A stretch of DNA of 64,000 nt from Selaginella moellendorffii (Eukaryota; Plantae; Lycopodiophyta). The notes under the pieces were generated by a model. It saw nothing but the letters and a program-made list of their open reading frames with translations. It was not told where the DNA came from and did not search any database. Below, in pieces: positions 25,451 through 35,929 of the stretch. Numbering within the stretch: position 1 is the stretch's first letter; every line of letters begins with the position of its first letter. The stretch is from positions 1,010,177 to 1,074,176 of the forward strand of contig NW_003314316.1 in assembly GCF_000143415.4 (NCBI RefSeq), written 5' to 3'. The translations under genes were made by a program, and so were the position numbers.

Positions 25451-28349
25451 ATGGCCTCCGCAAGTGCGATGCATGTTCCCTCCGTGGATCTTAAGAACCG
25501 TGCTACATGGATTCAGGCAAAGGTGTTTCTAAACAACCCCAAGGGGGAGGTGGTAGCTGAGGGCTTAGCCACAGTTGTCGATCCAAGAGATGCGGTTGCT
25601 AATCAAGAATTGGGCTGGGATGATATTGGAGTTGCGATTTTAGAGGTTGTTGACACAAAAGAAAACAGTCTGACTATTGGAAGCATTGTGCGGTGGAAAT
25701 TGAGGCACTTAGTGTTTGAAAATGTGAAGGATTCACAATCAAACACCACTACAACTGATGACAGAACATCTCTTCATGGGAAAAGAAAGTACACCTTCCT
25801 AAAGCGCAGCCAAAGGGATCTAAGAAACGAACCGAAAAGGTAGAAAATGGCGATGGAGGTTCGAATGGTCTCGACAGTTCCTTGTTGCAAAAGGAGGTGC
25901 TGTCAACATGCTGATTGGGATGCTATTGAAGAGGAGAGAGCAAGATACAAGACATTGTCCTGGAAGGCAGCTCGCAATTTTGTGTATGAGGCATTACGGT
26001 CATCTGTTGATGCTTCAGAACATCAGGTGGGGGGCATGGTCTTCCAGAGGGGTTTGGTCTGCATGAAGGCATGGAGAATCATTTATGGAGTCCCTCGAAC
26101 CACATTCTACAGAATCAAAACTGAGTTCGAGGAACAAAGGGTTCAACAGGCAGTCCATGGGAACGACGGTACTCACAAAACCAGGGGTCATGTTGTATAT
26201 GGAGAGGCAATCTTCAAGAGGTTTGTCGAGACATGTAGCGAGCAGCAACCACATAAAACCCGCCTCTTGGAAGATGGAACTCGAGACACCCAACGAGTTC
26301 TCCCTTCCATGTATACCAAGGGGGCCATATTGGAAGATGTGAATCGGGAACTCCAGAGTAATGGCTACAGGAAGCTGAGCCAATCTAGATTTAGTAGATT
26401 GTGGAGCAACAGGTTCAGGGATGTGAGTATAGGAAAGTACTCCAGCTTTTCAAAGTGTGACGAGTGCACTGCTATGAAAATGGCTTTGTTGAAGAATTCT
26501 TGCATCGCTCAAGAGCGAGAGACGTTGGTTAGAAGGCGGCTCAACCACAACATCGAGCAAAGAAGCTGCAGGACTGCATATTATCATAACAGGATTCTCT
26601 CCATGGAGAGACCTGACTCTTACCTCTACATCATCCACGACAAAATGGACCAGAAAAAGACGTGCTTACCTCAACTCAATCCTACCCCCAAGGCAATCTC
26701 TTCATCCATGCAGCTGCCTGTGTCTCTGTTTGGCATAATCGCTCATGGGCATGGTGCCCAAAACTATGGGAACTTCTTTGTACCTCTATGGGGTGGCGGG
26801 GGTGCAAACATGATGATTGCATCTCTAGCAAAACACTTAAGGTCTCTTCAAAGTGCGTAGACTGAGCTGAACGGCCAACCCTTGCATAAGGCCCTTGTCG
26901 ATCAAACCCCATACAGGGTTCAGCTGGAGGAGGAGCAAAGGCTTGCAGTATCGCGTGGGGCCCCATGCCATCCCAGTGAATATGTTGGCCGTCAGATTGT
27001 AGGGTTATCACGTGAGGCCTCATGCCATTCCGACGAGGCTGGTCGCCCGGTGAATGCACAGCCTCATCCAAACGAAGCAGAATCTCAAGGAAGTTCTTGC
27101 GGCCGATGTGGCCTTCCACCCCATCTTCTGCTCCAAATAGACAATGCTGGCAGTGAGAACAAAAACATGTACGTCTTCGCGTACTTGGCGATGCTTGTTG
27201 CCAAAGGCATATTTGAAACGGTTACACTTGGCTTTCTCATGGTTGGGCACACTCATGAAGACGTCGATGCCATGTTCAGTCACCTGGCAGAGTCCCTCTG
27301 GCGATCCAATGTCCTCACCCTCCCACAACTCTACGATGAATTCCAAAATTGCATCAAAGGCACTGTTGAAGCTGCACTTGTGACAGAGGTTCCAGACTTT
27401 AAGGGGTTTGTAAGAGGCTACATCAGGGACGGATCCAAAACGCTGATTGGCCACTCCAAGCCTCTTCAGTTTCATTTCAGCATGCGTGACGGTGCTCCAG
27501 TGATGAGGTACAAGATGAGAGAATGGGACACAGTGTGGCTGCTAGTGGACGGCATTGAACTCTTCAAGAGAGATCCCATAACTGGGGAACCTATGATTCC
27601 TCAGGGTTCCCCACGGCCGATGCACCTGGATGGACTCAAAGACCAGGAAAGTATAGTGGCCGGGATTAGACAGCATATTGCCTTCTGGAAGAGGGGGTTG
27701 GTGTTTGGTGGAGAATCCTATTTTCAGAGGTGCAAGCCTTTGCTCGAATACTGGGAGAAGATTATATCTGCTATCCAAAATGGGCCGGTTGTATATGAAG
27801 AATTGGAAGAGTCCTTTTGGCCAGAACCCAGAGCACCAGATAGTAGCGGAACAATGTCCTCTGGAAATGCAGTGACAGATAACAATGTTGAGGATCACTA
27901 TTGTGGGCCGAGGAACAAGAAGCCGGATTCAGCATTCAATCCAGTACAGGTCTGCAAAGGACTGGTCGTGCTTGTCAGACCCAGTAATAGAAAACAAATG
28001 ATATGGGTGGGGCGCTGCATCACTTATGTAGAGGAGGACGCGGAAACTAACTCCTTCAATGTAACTGTGGAGTGGTTCAAGCCAAGTTCCGGATATACGA
28101 AGGATTGCCTAGAAAAGAGATGGGTGCTGAATCCAAGGGATCCCAACATGAGCATATCGGTGGATAATGTTGTGCATGGTTGGATGCGGAAGCAGAGTGC
28201 CACCATCACCTTGCCAGACCATGCAAGAGATGCAGCAAGAGCATTCATAACCCGGGTTCAAGGTGAGATTCATTAATATTCCTTTATTAAGTTTCTAATG
28301 TATTTTATTTCAAGGTGAACAATCCGAATCTGAATCAGAGGAGGCGTGA
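25451..28349 (+). pseudogene. Sola1/DUF7869-like DDD transposase (~948 aa reconstructed) with two in-frame TAG stops
   Basis: ORFs 25451-25843, 25847-26860 and 26882-28276 share one frame. Motifs: CCKRRC, CDEC, HDKMDQKKT, LLLQIDNAGSENKN, FLMVGHTHEDVDAMFS. TAG at 25841 (CAG in copy 1) and at 26858. A predicted last intron 28263-28314 is followed by exon GEQSESESEEA*. Confidence 0.82.
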
Positions 28350-28989
28350 TGGCATGTGGCCTTACACCATTCCTAGGTGAGATGATACAAATAACAAGTA
28401 TAAATTCTTAGTTGTTCTAGCAAATCTTACTTAAAGTTCAAGGTGAACAAGCCGAATATGAATTCATCAGATTGTTATAACAAATTGCGAGGTGATGGCA
28501 TGAGGCGATACGCCATTTGAGAGTGGTAGCCATTCCTATATGAGGTGAGTGAAATATTTATTAGAAATACCTCATTCAATTGTGCATTTCTAAGTCTTGG
28601 TCCACTCAGTACTGTTTGCATGTTTCTATTTTAATTTTTTCTCTAAAATGTTATTTAGCATGTGGCTTCATGCCATTGCTCTCCACAATCATGCATTGAA
28701 TTTTTCTATCCTTGCATAATACTTCTCCATATATATAGCATGTGCGCACATGTGATATGGTTCATTAGGCCTGATATAGTGTGTGAGGTAAAACAAAGAT
28801 GATGTGACATATGCATTTACCAATCACACATGCATAAATCTAATAATATGGCGTGTGGCCCATATTAATGGCACATAAACCCATATTGTGGGCTTATGTG
28901 CTTTATGTACCATCATTCCCTTGCAGCATGTGTGTTGGTTTCCTTTTATAACACAACGAACTCCATATTTTAGGGTGAAGAGCGTTCTC

Positions 28990-29247
28990 ATGGCAAGCAC
29001 AAAATCTGTAAGTGAGGCAGAAAAGGAGACGGAGAAGGAGATAGGTGAAGATGTAGAATATATAAGTCTTCCAAACTCCCCGTACTATACTCCAGGTGAT
29101 CATTTTTCTGAACAAACGGCAACATTAACAACTATTGAGAACGCCCCAGTAACGTCAGAGACAACAATCCAAAGCAAAACAACTGACCCGGAGAAGGATG
29201 ATAGTACCACTGAGAGTACCAAAAAGGAGGTGTCCACTAGCGCTTAG
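28990..29247 (+). CDS. Small acidic Ser/Thr-rich ORF (85 aa) near the right end of the transposon, function unknown
   Basis: MASTKSVSEAEKETEKE... is open in both copies (7210-7467 in copy 1) and preceded by a candidate ttttag acceptor. Confidence 0.3.
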   Translation: MASTKSVSEAEKETEKEIGEDVEYISLPNSPYYTPGDHFSEQTATLTTIENAPVTSETTIQSKTTDPEKDDSTTESTKKEVSTSA

Positions 29248-29883
29248 GCTTATAATGGCGTGTGCCCTCATGCCATTTACTTGATCACCAAATACCTTTT
29301 TCCCTTTGCACTAATATATTTTAATACCGGTCTGAGAAATAGAATGGCATGTGCCCTCAGGCCTTTTACTAAATCACCTTTGAAAGAAATGCAAGCCTCT
29401 ATGTCGTAAAAAAAAGGTACTAGAGAAATTCCTTAATAATATGAATGTTATTTAGTTTCATGAAAATACACTAAGGGTCAAATGAGTTAAATGACTTCTC
29501 CAAACTAGCAATGCCTCTTGCTACACCTTCACAATTAGATTCGTTAGAAAAAGATAACATTGAATAATATCTAAATGTTCTCACCATTAAGTTATATGTC
29601 TGGCTAATAGGAATGACGTTCATCTTGGAAAGCTCACCACACGCTCAATGAACAAACAAATAGTGTGTGCGCGCATGCCATCGCTCTTCTTTAGCTTCAG
29701 ATTCGGCTTGTTCACCTTGACAATGAGATTTATTATACAACCAGATGGACTCAGTCTGGACACAAAGTCACCACGCTAGTCACCATGCCCCAGATATGTC
29801 TAGCCCCTGGACAAAAAACATATAATTTCACGTCATTTTCAAATACTTGAAAATTTGTACCTAGTCCCATTTTACTGAATAAA

Positions 29884-29907
29884 TCCCACTTTAACGAAAT
29901 AGAGCTT
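29884..29907. repeat. Right terminal inverted repeat (24 bp), copy 2
   Basis: TCCCACTTTAACGAAATAGAGCTT followed by TSD TTGA. Confidence 0.93.
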
Positions 29908-30254
29908 TTGACGAATATTGGCAAGGGACCAAGGATGGAAAGGGTAATACAAATTGGTACTACTTTATAAAATAGTTTATCATTCGATGAGGACATCGAA
30001 CTTCGTCTATGGGTGGTGAAGTTGTGAGACATAAAATTCCTAGGCCCCAAAGTGGAGCCGGAAGGGTGCCACGTGGTAGTGGCCAAAGAGAAAACCAAAC
30101 GAGCGTAACATGTTTGGACTAAAAGCTCCTACTTGAAGGGTCGAGAGCGGGAGTGAAACTCCCGACGAAGTGCTCAAGGAACAAGCACGGAGCAAGCAAT
30201 AAGTGAGTCTCGAGAAAAGGGACACAAAAGGACCAACACATGACATGTGGAAGT

Positions 30255-30715
30255 GTCCGAGATGGACCCAAGATGGAGTCCGAGATGGAGTCCGAGATGG
30301 AGTCCGACATGGAGTCCGAGATGGAGTCCGAGATGGAGTCTGAGATGGACCCGAGATGAAGTCCGAGATGGATCCGAGATGGAGTCCGAGATAGACCCGA
30401 GATGGAGTCCGAGATGGAGTTCGAGATGGACCTGAGATGAAGTCCGAGATGGAGTCCGAGATGGACCCGAGATGGAGTCCGAGATGGAGTCTGAGATGGA
30501 CCCGAAATGGAATCCGAGATGGAGTCTGAGAAGGACCCGAGATGGAGTCCGAGACCGGGACCGAGACCGAGACCAAGACTGAGACCGAGATCGAGACCGA
30601 GGCCGAGGCCAAGACCGAGCCTGAGCCCAAGTTCGAGTCCGAGTCCGAGTCTGAGTCCGAGTCCGAGTCCGAGTCCGAACTCGAGTCCGAACTCGAGTCC
30701 GAGTTCAAGTCTGAG
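30255..30715. repeat. Hexamer/12-mer minisatellite: (GAGATGGAGTCC)n grading into (GAGACC)n and (GAGTCC)n
   Basis: Visible periodicity, which produces low-complexity ORFs in several frames. Confidence 0.9.
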
Positions 30716-33700
30716 AAGGTGAAAGCCCAAAGCGTTTGTCTCCCAGACCCTAGGGGGTTTGGTGAGCTCCAAAAGTATAGTGAGGGGGAGGACTGCAGTG
30801 GAGCCAGTTTGGCCAGGAAAGGCTAGTTTGGCCAGGAAAGGCCAGTTTGGCCAGGAAAGGCCAGTTTGGCCCAGGAAGGCTGTACCCAGTGTTGGGTGAT
30901 GAGCTGCCCACTGGGAAGTCCAAGACTAGAGTGAATATGGACCGACAAGCGGAGTATCTTGGTGAAGTGTTCAAGAGCCAGCTCTAGTTCCCCCGGGAGA
31001 TCGACTGGCCGATGCTCCTAGTCCAAGTGTGGGTGGCACTACCTACTTGGATACCTGGCATGGCTCAATGGAACCTCGCTCTAAGCCCATGGCTAGAGCA
31101 TCTAAAGGCAGAAGGCGGGGAGAGTACCCATGAGGCCCGCGTAGGGCCACGGTGTTCCGAAATGTTGTCCCAAAGTCCCAGACTGTGGAAGGAAGAGGAA
31201 TAACCCTTTGGTGTGGTAACCAAGGACATAGTCGCACGGTGAGGCAGTCCCAAAGGCCAGTGGACTTAGCGGTCAAGCCTGTGGGCCTTGATCTAGTGGC
31301 AATATTGACGAACACGGCCATGGACAGAAAGGGACTGGGTGGGGACCGGAAAAGAGATATTAAGGAAGGCTATTCCCCATGTCTGCGGGCATCCTAAGGA
31401 TGCTAAGGAGTGGATCTAGGATGATCACTCATGGACGGATGACCCAGTCTTTGAGAGACGGGATTGTAAAGCAGGTGGTGTTGGACCACCAGTATGACCA
31501 AGGTAAATGGGCATGGCCTTAACGTAACAGGCTGATACGTCGGTGGTACCTTGGGGTGTCGATCATGGGATCGGACCCGTGGAGCACTTGGACCAAGTGC
31601 TAAGGTTGAGTGGCATGTATGCCATTCTCAGGGCTATCAAACCCCAAGTCTTGAATTGGACTCATGGAGGTCGTGAAAAAGACTCCTCCAAGTGGTCAGA
31701 GATGTGGTTAAGTGACTAAAGTAGAATGGAAAAATTAGTCGCTTACAGCAGCCTGAAAGGGATGTTGACTTTTGAGGCTAAGGCAATTGAGTTGGATAGA
31801 GTCTGGAATTGGTGTAGAAAAGTGGTTGTTGCACTTTTCTAAAAAGGTGACCCTTATGCCTTTCTTTTAACGTTGTGCTTGGTGGCAAGTTGCACATTGC
31901 ATTTCGTTAAGACTCTATGAGAGTAGTGAGCTCTCACTGATCTTGACTTAGTCTTGGTAGCCCTGTGCTTTGGCTGAGGATAGTGATGTTCAACTTAGTT
32001 GTTTGAGGTTGAGATGTTGGTACCTGTACTATAGCTTTGTCTATGAGGAGGTTGTGTACTGACATGAGTCCATCTCATGGTCTTCACTTTAGTTTCGACT
32101 GAGTGTTGATCATGCATAGCTAGCCCCTTCAAAGCATGCTCAGAGCTGTTAGCTAAATACATTGGTGAGTTTATCGCGATTGAGTTGGATTCGAGTGGTC
32201 ATTTAGTTCATGTTTGTCTATGAACCTATATCTTATGCCTGGGGTATTACGTTCATGTTAGACATGTATATGACTCGATGACATTAGTTTAGTGTTGGGT
32301 CTTGTGAAGGCAAGTTGAAGAGTGATTATTAGTTGCTTTGTGACTAGTGATTACTTGTAAACTTTGCTAAGGACTGTTGACACTTGCTTCACTCAATGAT
32401 GATTTAGCAGTGATAGGCTTGCTTTTTCGGATGGTGTTGTGGAGGATTATGTCATTAGACTTACACGGGTTTTCCATGTTGGCATATCGACTCTACCTTT
32501 ATCGATATCTTTTGGTTGCATTTAGTCCGTAGTGTTGGATTTCATGTAGTCTTGGATATGGAGAATCACTCCTTTATTATTGAAGAATTAGTCTCAAATA
32601 CTGAGTAAAATATCTTCAACTTTGGTTAGCTTGGTTGCTAAAGAGTTTTTGAGTGGTGATTCACTCTTGCTTTCTTCTAACTTATTATGGTGTTGATGGC
32701 ATTGAAGTGATGCCTTATCGTTGATATTGTTGATGTTGAGATTCAAGTGAAATGAGATGTCTCTCCGTAGGATTGATATTGAATTTTATTAGTGTTTGAT
32801 GAATATAGTGTTGATGATTTGGCTATTGCTTTGTGTTATTGACATTTGTGCATTCGCTAGTTAGCAACTGTATTGACGTTCAATGAACTGAATGACAAGT
32901 TTAAACTTAGTTGTGATTTGGACGAGAATGTTTAGTAGGGGTTAAGCTTTGGCTTTTCCTTGAAAAGTGATTTAGTCGTAAATGACGCTAACTCTACTAG
33001 AAGAAGAGTTAATGATTGATATTGGAATGTTTGAATCCTTATTGGTTTTGAGTTGGAATATATCAATCATTGATGATTTTTCTTGTGCTTGTTATAAAGT
33101 GAGTTATGCCTTGCTATAAATGGATTCATGGAGGATCGTTTGGTGATCACTTGTTGAGCATAGCTTCATTGTGCTTAGCTTTTGGATTGATACAGTTCAT
33201 TAGTTTTGATATTATGAAGTTTTGCTTATGGATGTGTTAAGAAAAATATTATGGGTTGTACCATGATTTCTTCTTTAATATTGAAATTAGTTCATGCGAG
33301 ACTTGTGATCATTATTAGGCAAGACTTGGCTATAGGCTTTTTTGAGTTTTTGGTTCCTTGAGTTTTCATGCTCAATGTTCCATTTGTTAGAAGTTGTTGG
33401 GAAGGCATTTTGGCTCATAACTTCAATGATTGAAGTTAGTAGTTGCATCTAGCAATCATTGGTAATGATTAACTGTCATCTAGGATAATTGAATATCCTT
33501 ATCAAAAGTTTTGCTTGATTATTATTGATATGAAATGATTTGCCATTCTTCGGGATGGTGGATTTCTTCTTCAATGATGATTATGCATCTCTTTTTTGAT
33601 GGGATGATTGATGATCTTTCATGATGGTTAATTATGTTATTTGATGGCTTATGGCTTTTTGCATTACCACATGTTCTTTGTGATTTGCTTTGGATTGGTC

Positions 33701-34329
33701 TCTTAGGTTTGAGACATCAATAGGATGTTGCCGACACTTGCTTAAGCAATTTGAGTTCCTTTGTATTGTTGACCAAGATCTATTCAGATTGACTTCTGTA
33801 ATAATTGGCATAAATGGGTGTTTGTTGGTCTTACCACATTCATTCTGTTCTATTGATTATTGCTTGAGTTAATTCTGATAGGTTGGGATGTTATTTCCTT
33901 CAAGTGATACATTCGCAAGCATTTTGCTTGTTGGTTAATGATACTTTGTGTTCTTTGAGTTATCTTTAGTGAGTTGTTTAGCATGCTATCTACAATCTTC
34001 AATAGTTAAGTTTTCTCATTGAATTTATTTGATGATGTACTTGCTATTGAATTTTGTTGGATGGTGAATCCTATGTTTTCCAATGATAGTGATCTTGGTG
34101 GTTTCTATCCTATAATACTAGTTTATCGGATGATAACTTATTTGGAATACTTCTGTGTTCTAATTTAAGCTTTATTCACTGATAATTAAGTCTCTCAGAT
34201 ATCATTATTTAATGACTTTGATATTGTCCATCTATTGATCTTTGAACTTGGGCTAGTATAGGCAAACTAGCTTCACCACTTCGTGTGCATGGTGAAATCT
34301 TTAGTCATGGGGTAGCTACTGTCGACTAG

Positions 34330-35560
34330 TCACATAACCCACCTCTCTGTCGATATTCCTTATTCTATTTTAAAAGGGCGTGACCATGTAAACAACTCTA
34401 ATTGCCTGTTTACAGTAGTCTATCTAAACCTTACTGACGGGTCTGGTTTCTTTGCTCATGAGGGTTGGGGCCTCTGGCTTCTCTCTCTATGTCCTTGCAG
34501 GCAGGGGCATATCACACTTTTGTAAGCTGAGTGACACCCAAAGCAGCAAGGGTGGCTAACTCCGTTGGTCATTTCCTTATCGGCGACAGCCAGAAGATGT
34601 CTGAGATGGTAGCACATCCGCATTAAACAAAGAGGTTACCTCATAACTCATTTAAGTTGGTGCATTTCTCATATAGTGTGAATACCGTGATTTTTTTCTG
34701 AAGTTTTTTCCTTGGCGGTATTCTAGACTGGAGTATGCATCGACAAGGATGTCAATCTTCCCTAGGGGGGGAGAGTGTCGCAAATGTGATTTCGAGTATC
34801 GAAAGTTACCTGTCGGCTAATCCTTACAGATATTCTTTCTTTACTACCACGATAGCAGGAGGTCAATATTGCTAGACCCTTTATTAGTCCCTTTTGTTCA
34901 AGTGTTAGTAAACTGGACTTTGCATCTGTACTTGACCGGATGAGCATAAGGACGAAATTCCTAAATGTCTATTTAGCCAAACATACTTGGCCCAGCTTTT
35001 TAGTTCTCTTTTGCTTTGTCTTGCACTGGCTTGACAAGAACCCTCACATATTGAGATTGGTCCCTAAATATCACTGGATGATAGCTTACTGTGTTTGCCA
35101 AACACCCTCATTATCATGCCCTTTGCGTTAGTCTCATTTCGGTCCCAAATACTATTTATAGAAAGTGTCTAGATTTGCTCATTTGGCATATCTACAGAAT
35201 GTAGAGATTTGCCTGAACACAATAGTGTTCGTCCCGTGTCCAAATTCACAATCTAGTGCTATTCCATATTTAGTAAGTTTCAAGCTTGTCCCAAAGACTA
35301 ACTCCTGATACTAAGGGAGGCTTGGGGTGAAAGCCCAAAGCGTGTGTTCCTCAAGGGGGGGGGGGCTTGTGGGGGGTTCCAAATGTATAGTAGGGATAGT
35401 GGGTAGGTTGAGCATGGCTGACTAACTTGAGGTATAGTTTAGCTCATGTTTGTGTGCCTGTCCTTATTTTGCGTCCAGCTTGGGTTTAAGCCTAAGCTCC
35501 ACACCATGCTAGCTAGTAGAGTACCCATGTCCTTGTGTTAGGCCAGCAGTATGCCGAAAT
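34330..35560 (+). repeat. Diverged direct repeat (putative old LTR) matching ~38345-39550
   Basis: Colinear similarity over >1.1 kb on both sides of the gypsy pol. Ends not resolved. Confidence 0.55.
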
Positions 35561-35929
35561 AGCGCTAGACTCCATTTGGCTCCGTTTTGCATACTAGTCC
35601 TGGCAATGGGGTGTTCGTTGCTCTAGGCTGTTCCAAATTGCTTCGGGCTCCTGTCCCTTCGCTCCTTGGGCTATATGCTCGGGAGTTGCTCCATAGTTTG
35701 GTTCCGTCACTCTTTGGCTCCATGCTTAGGAGTTTGGCACCGTTCCTTTGTTCAATGGCCCAAGGCCCTAAACCTTGGGTTCCACACCACTGTCCTTTGG
35801 ACACGTGGCATGTGACATATGGCATATAACACGTGGCACATAGAGGGTTTAGGCTCTACTTCGTGGTTATCCTATGGTAAATCACTATAGGATAAAGGGT
35901 TAAAACCATGTGCACTACATCTGGCAACG

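Larger units (their letters stand above)
16510..29681. repeat. Dispersed 22-bp palindrome ATGGCRTGWGGCCWCAYGCCAT, about 25 copies within the transposon
   Basis: Starts at about 16510, 16802, 17879, 17954, 19149, 19340, 19481, 20980, 22257, 22317, 22394, 24492, 24564, 25179, 25277, 25347, 26950, 27007, 28349, 28495, 28655, 28735, 28848, 29255, 29344, 29660. Several are degenerate. Equivalents occur in copy 1. Confidence 0.9.
16416..29907. mobile_element. Complete 13.5-kb Sola1-like (DUF7869-type transposase) TIR DNA transposon, copy 2
   Basis: Left TIR AAGCTCTATTTCGTTAAAGTGGGA (16416-16439) is the exact reverse complement of right TIR TCCCACTTTAACGAAATAGAGCTT (29884-29907). TTGA flanks both ends (16412-16415 and 29908-29911), a 4-bp TSD. 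It encodes a DDD-type transposase. Confidence 0.92.

Noticed and set aside
16510-29681. CRISPR-like interpretation of the palindromic repeats
   Set aside because: Spacing is irregular (about 60 bp to 2 kb), the repeats lie in introns and exons of a eukaryotic element, and there are no cas genes.
1-29907. Simple 21.7-kb segmental or tandem duplication
   Set aside because: Similarity ends at the TIR and the flanks differ. Copy 2 has its own TSD.
30040-30826. ORFs of 217-222 aa with SD, LG or ES repeats
   Set aside because: They are by-products of a stop-free hexamer minisatellite open in several frames.
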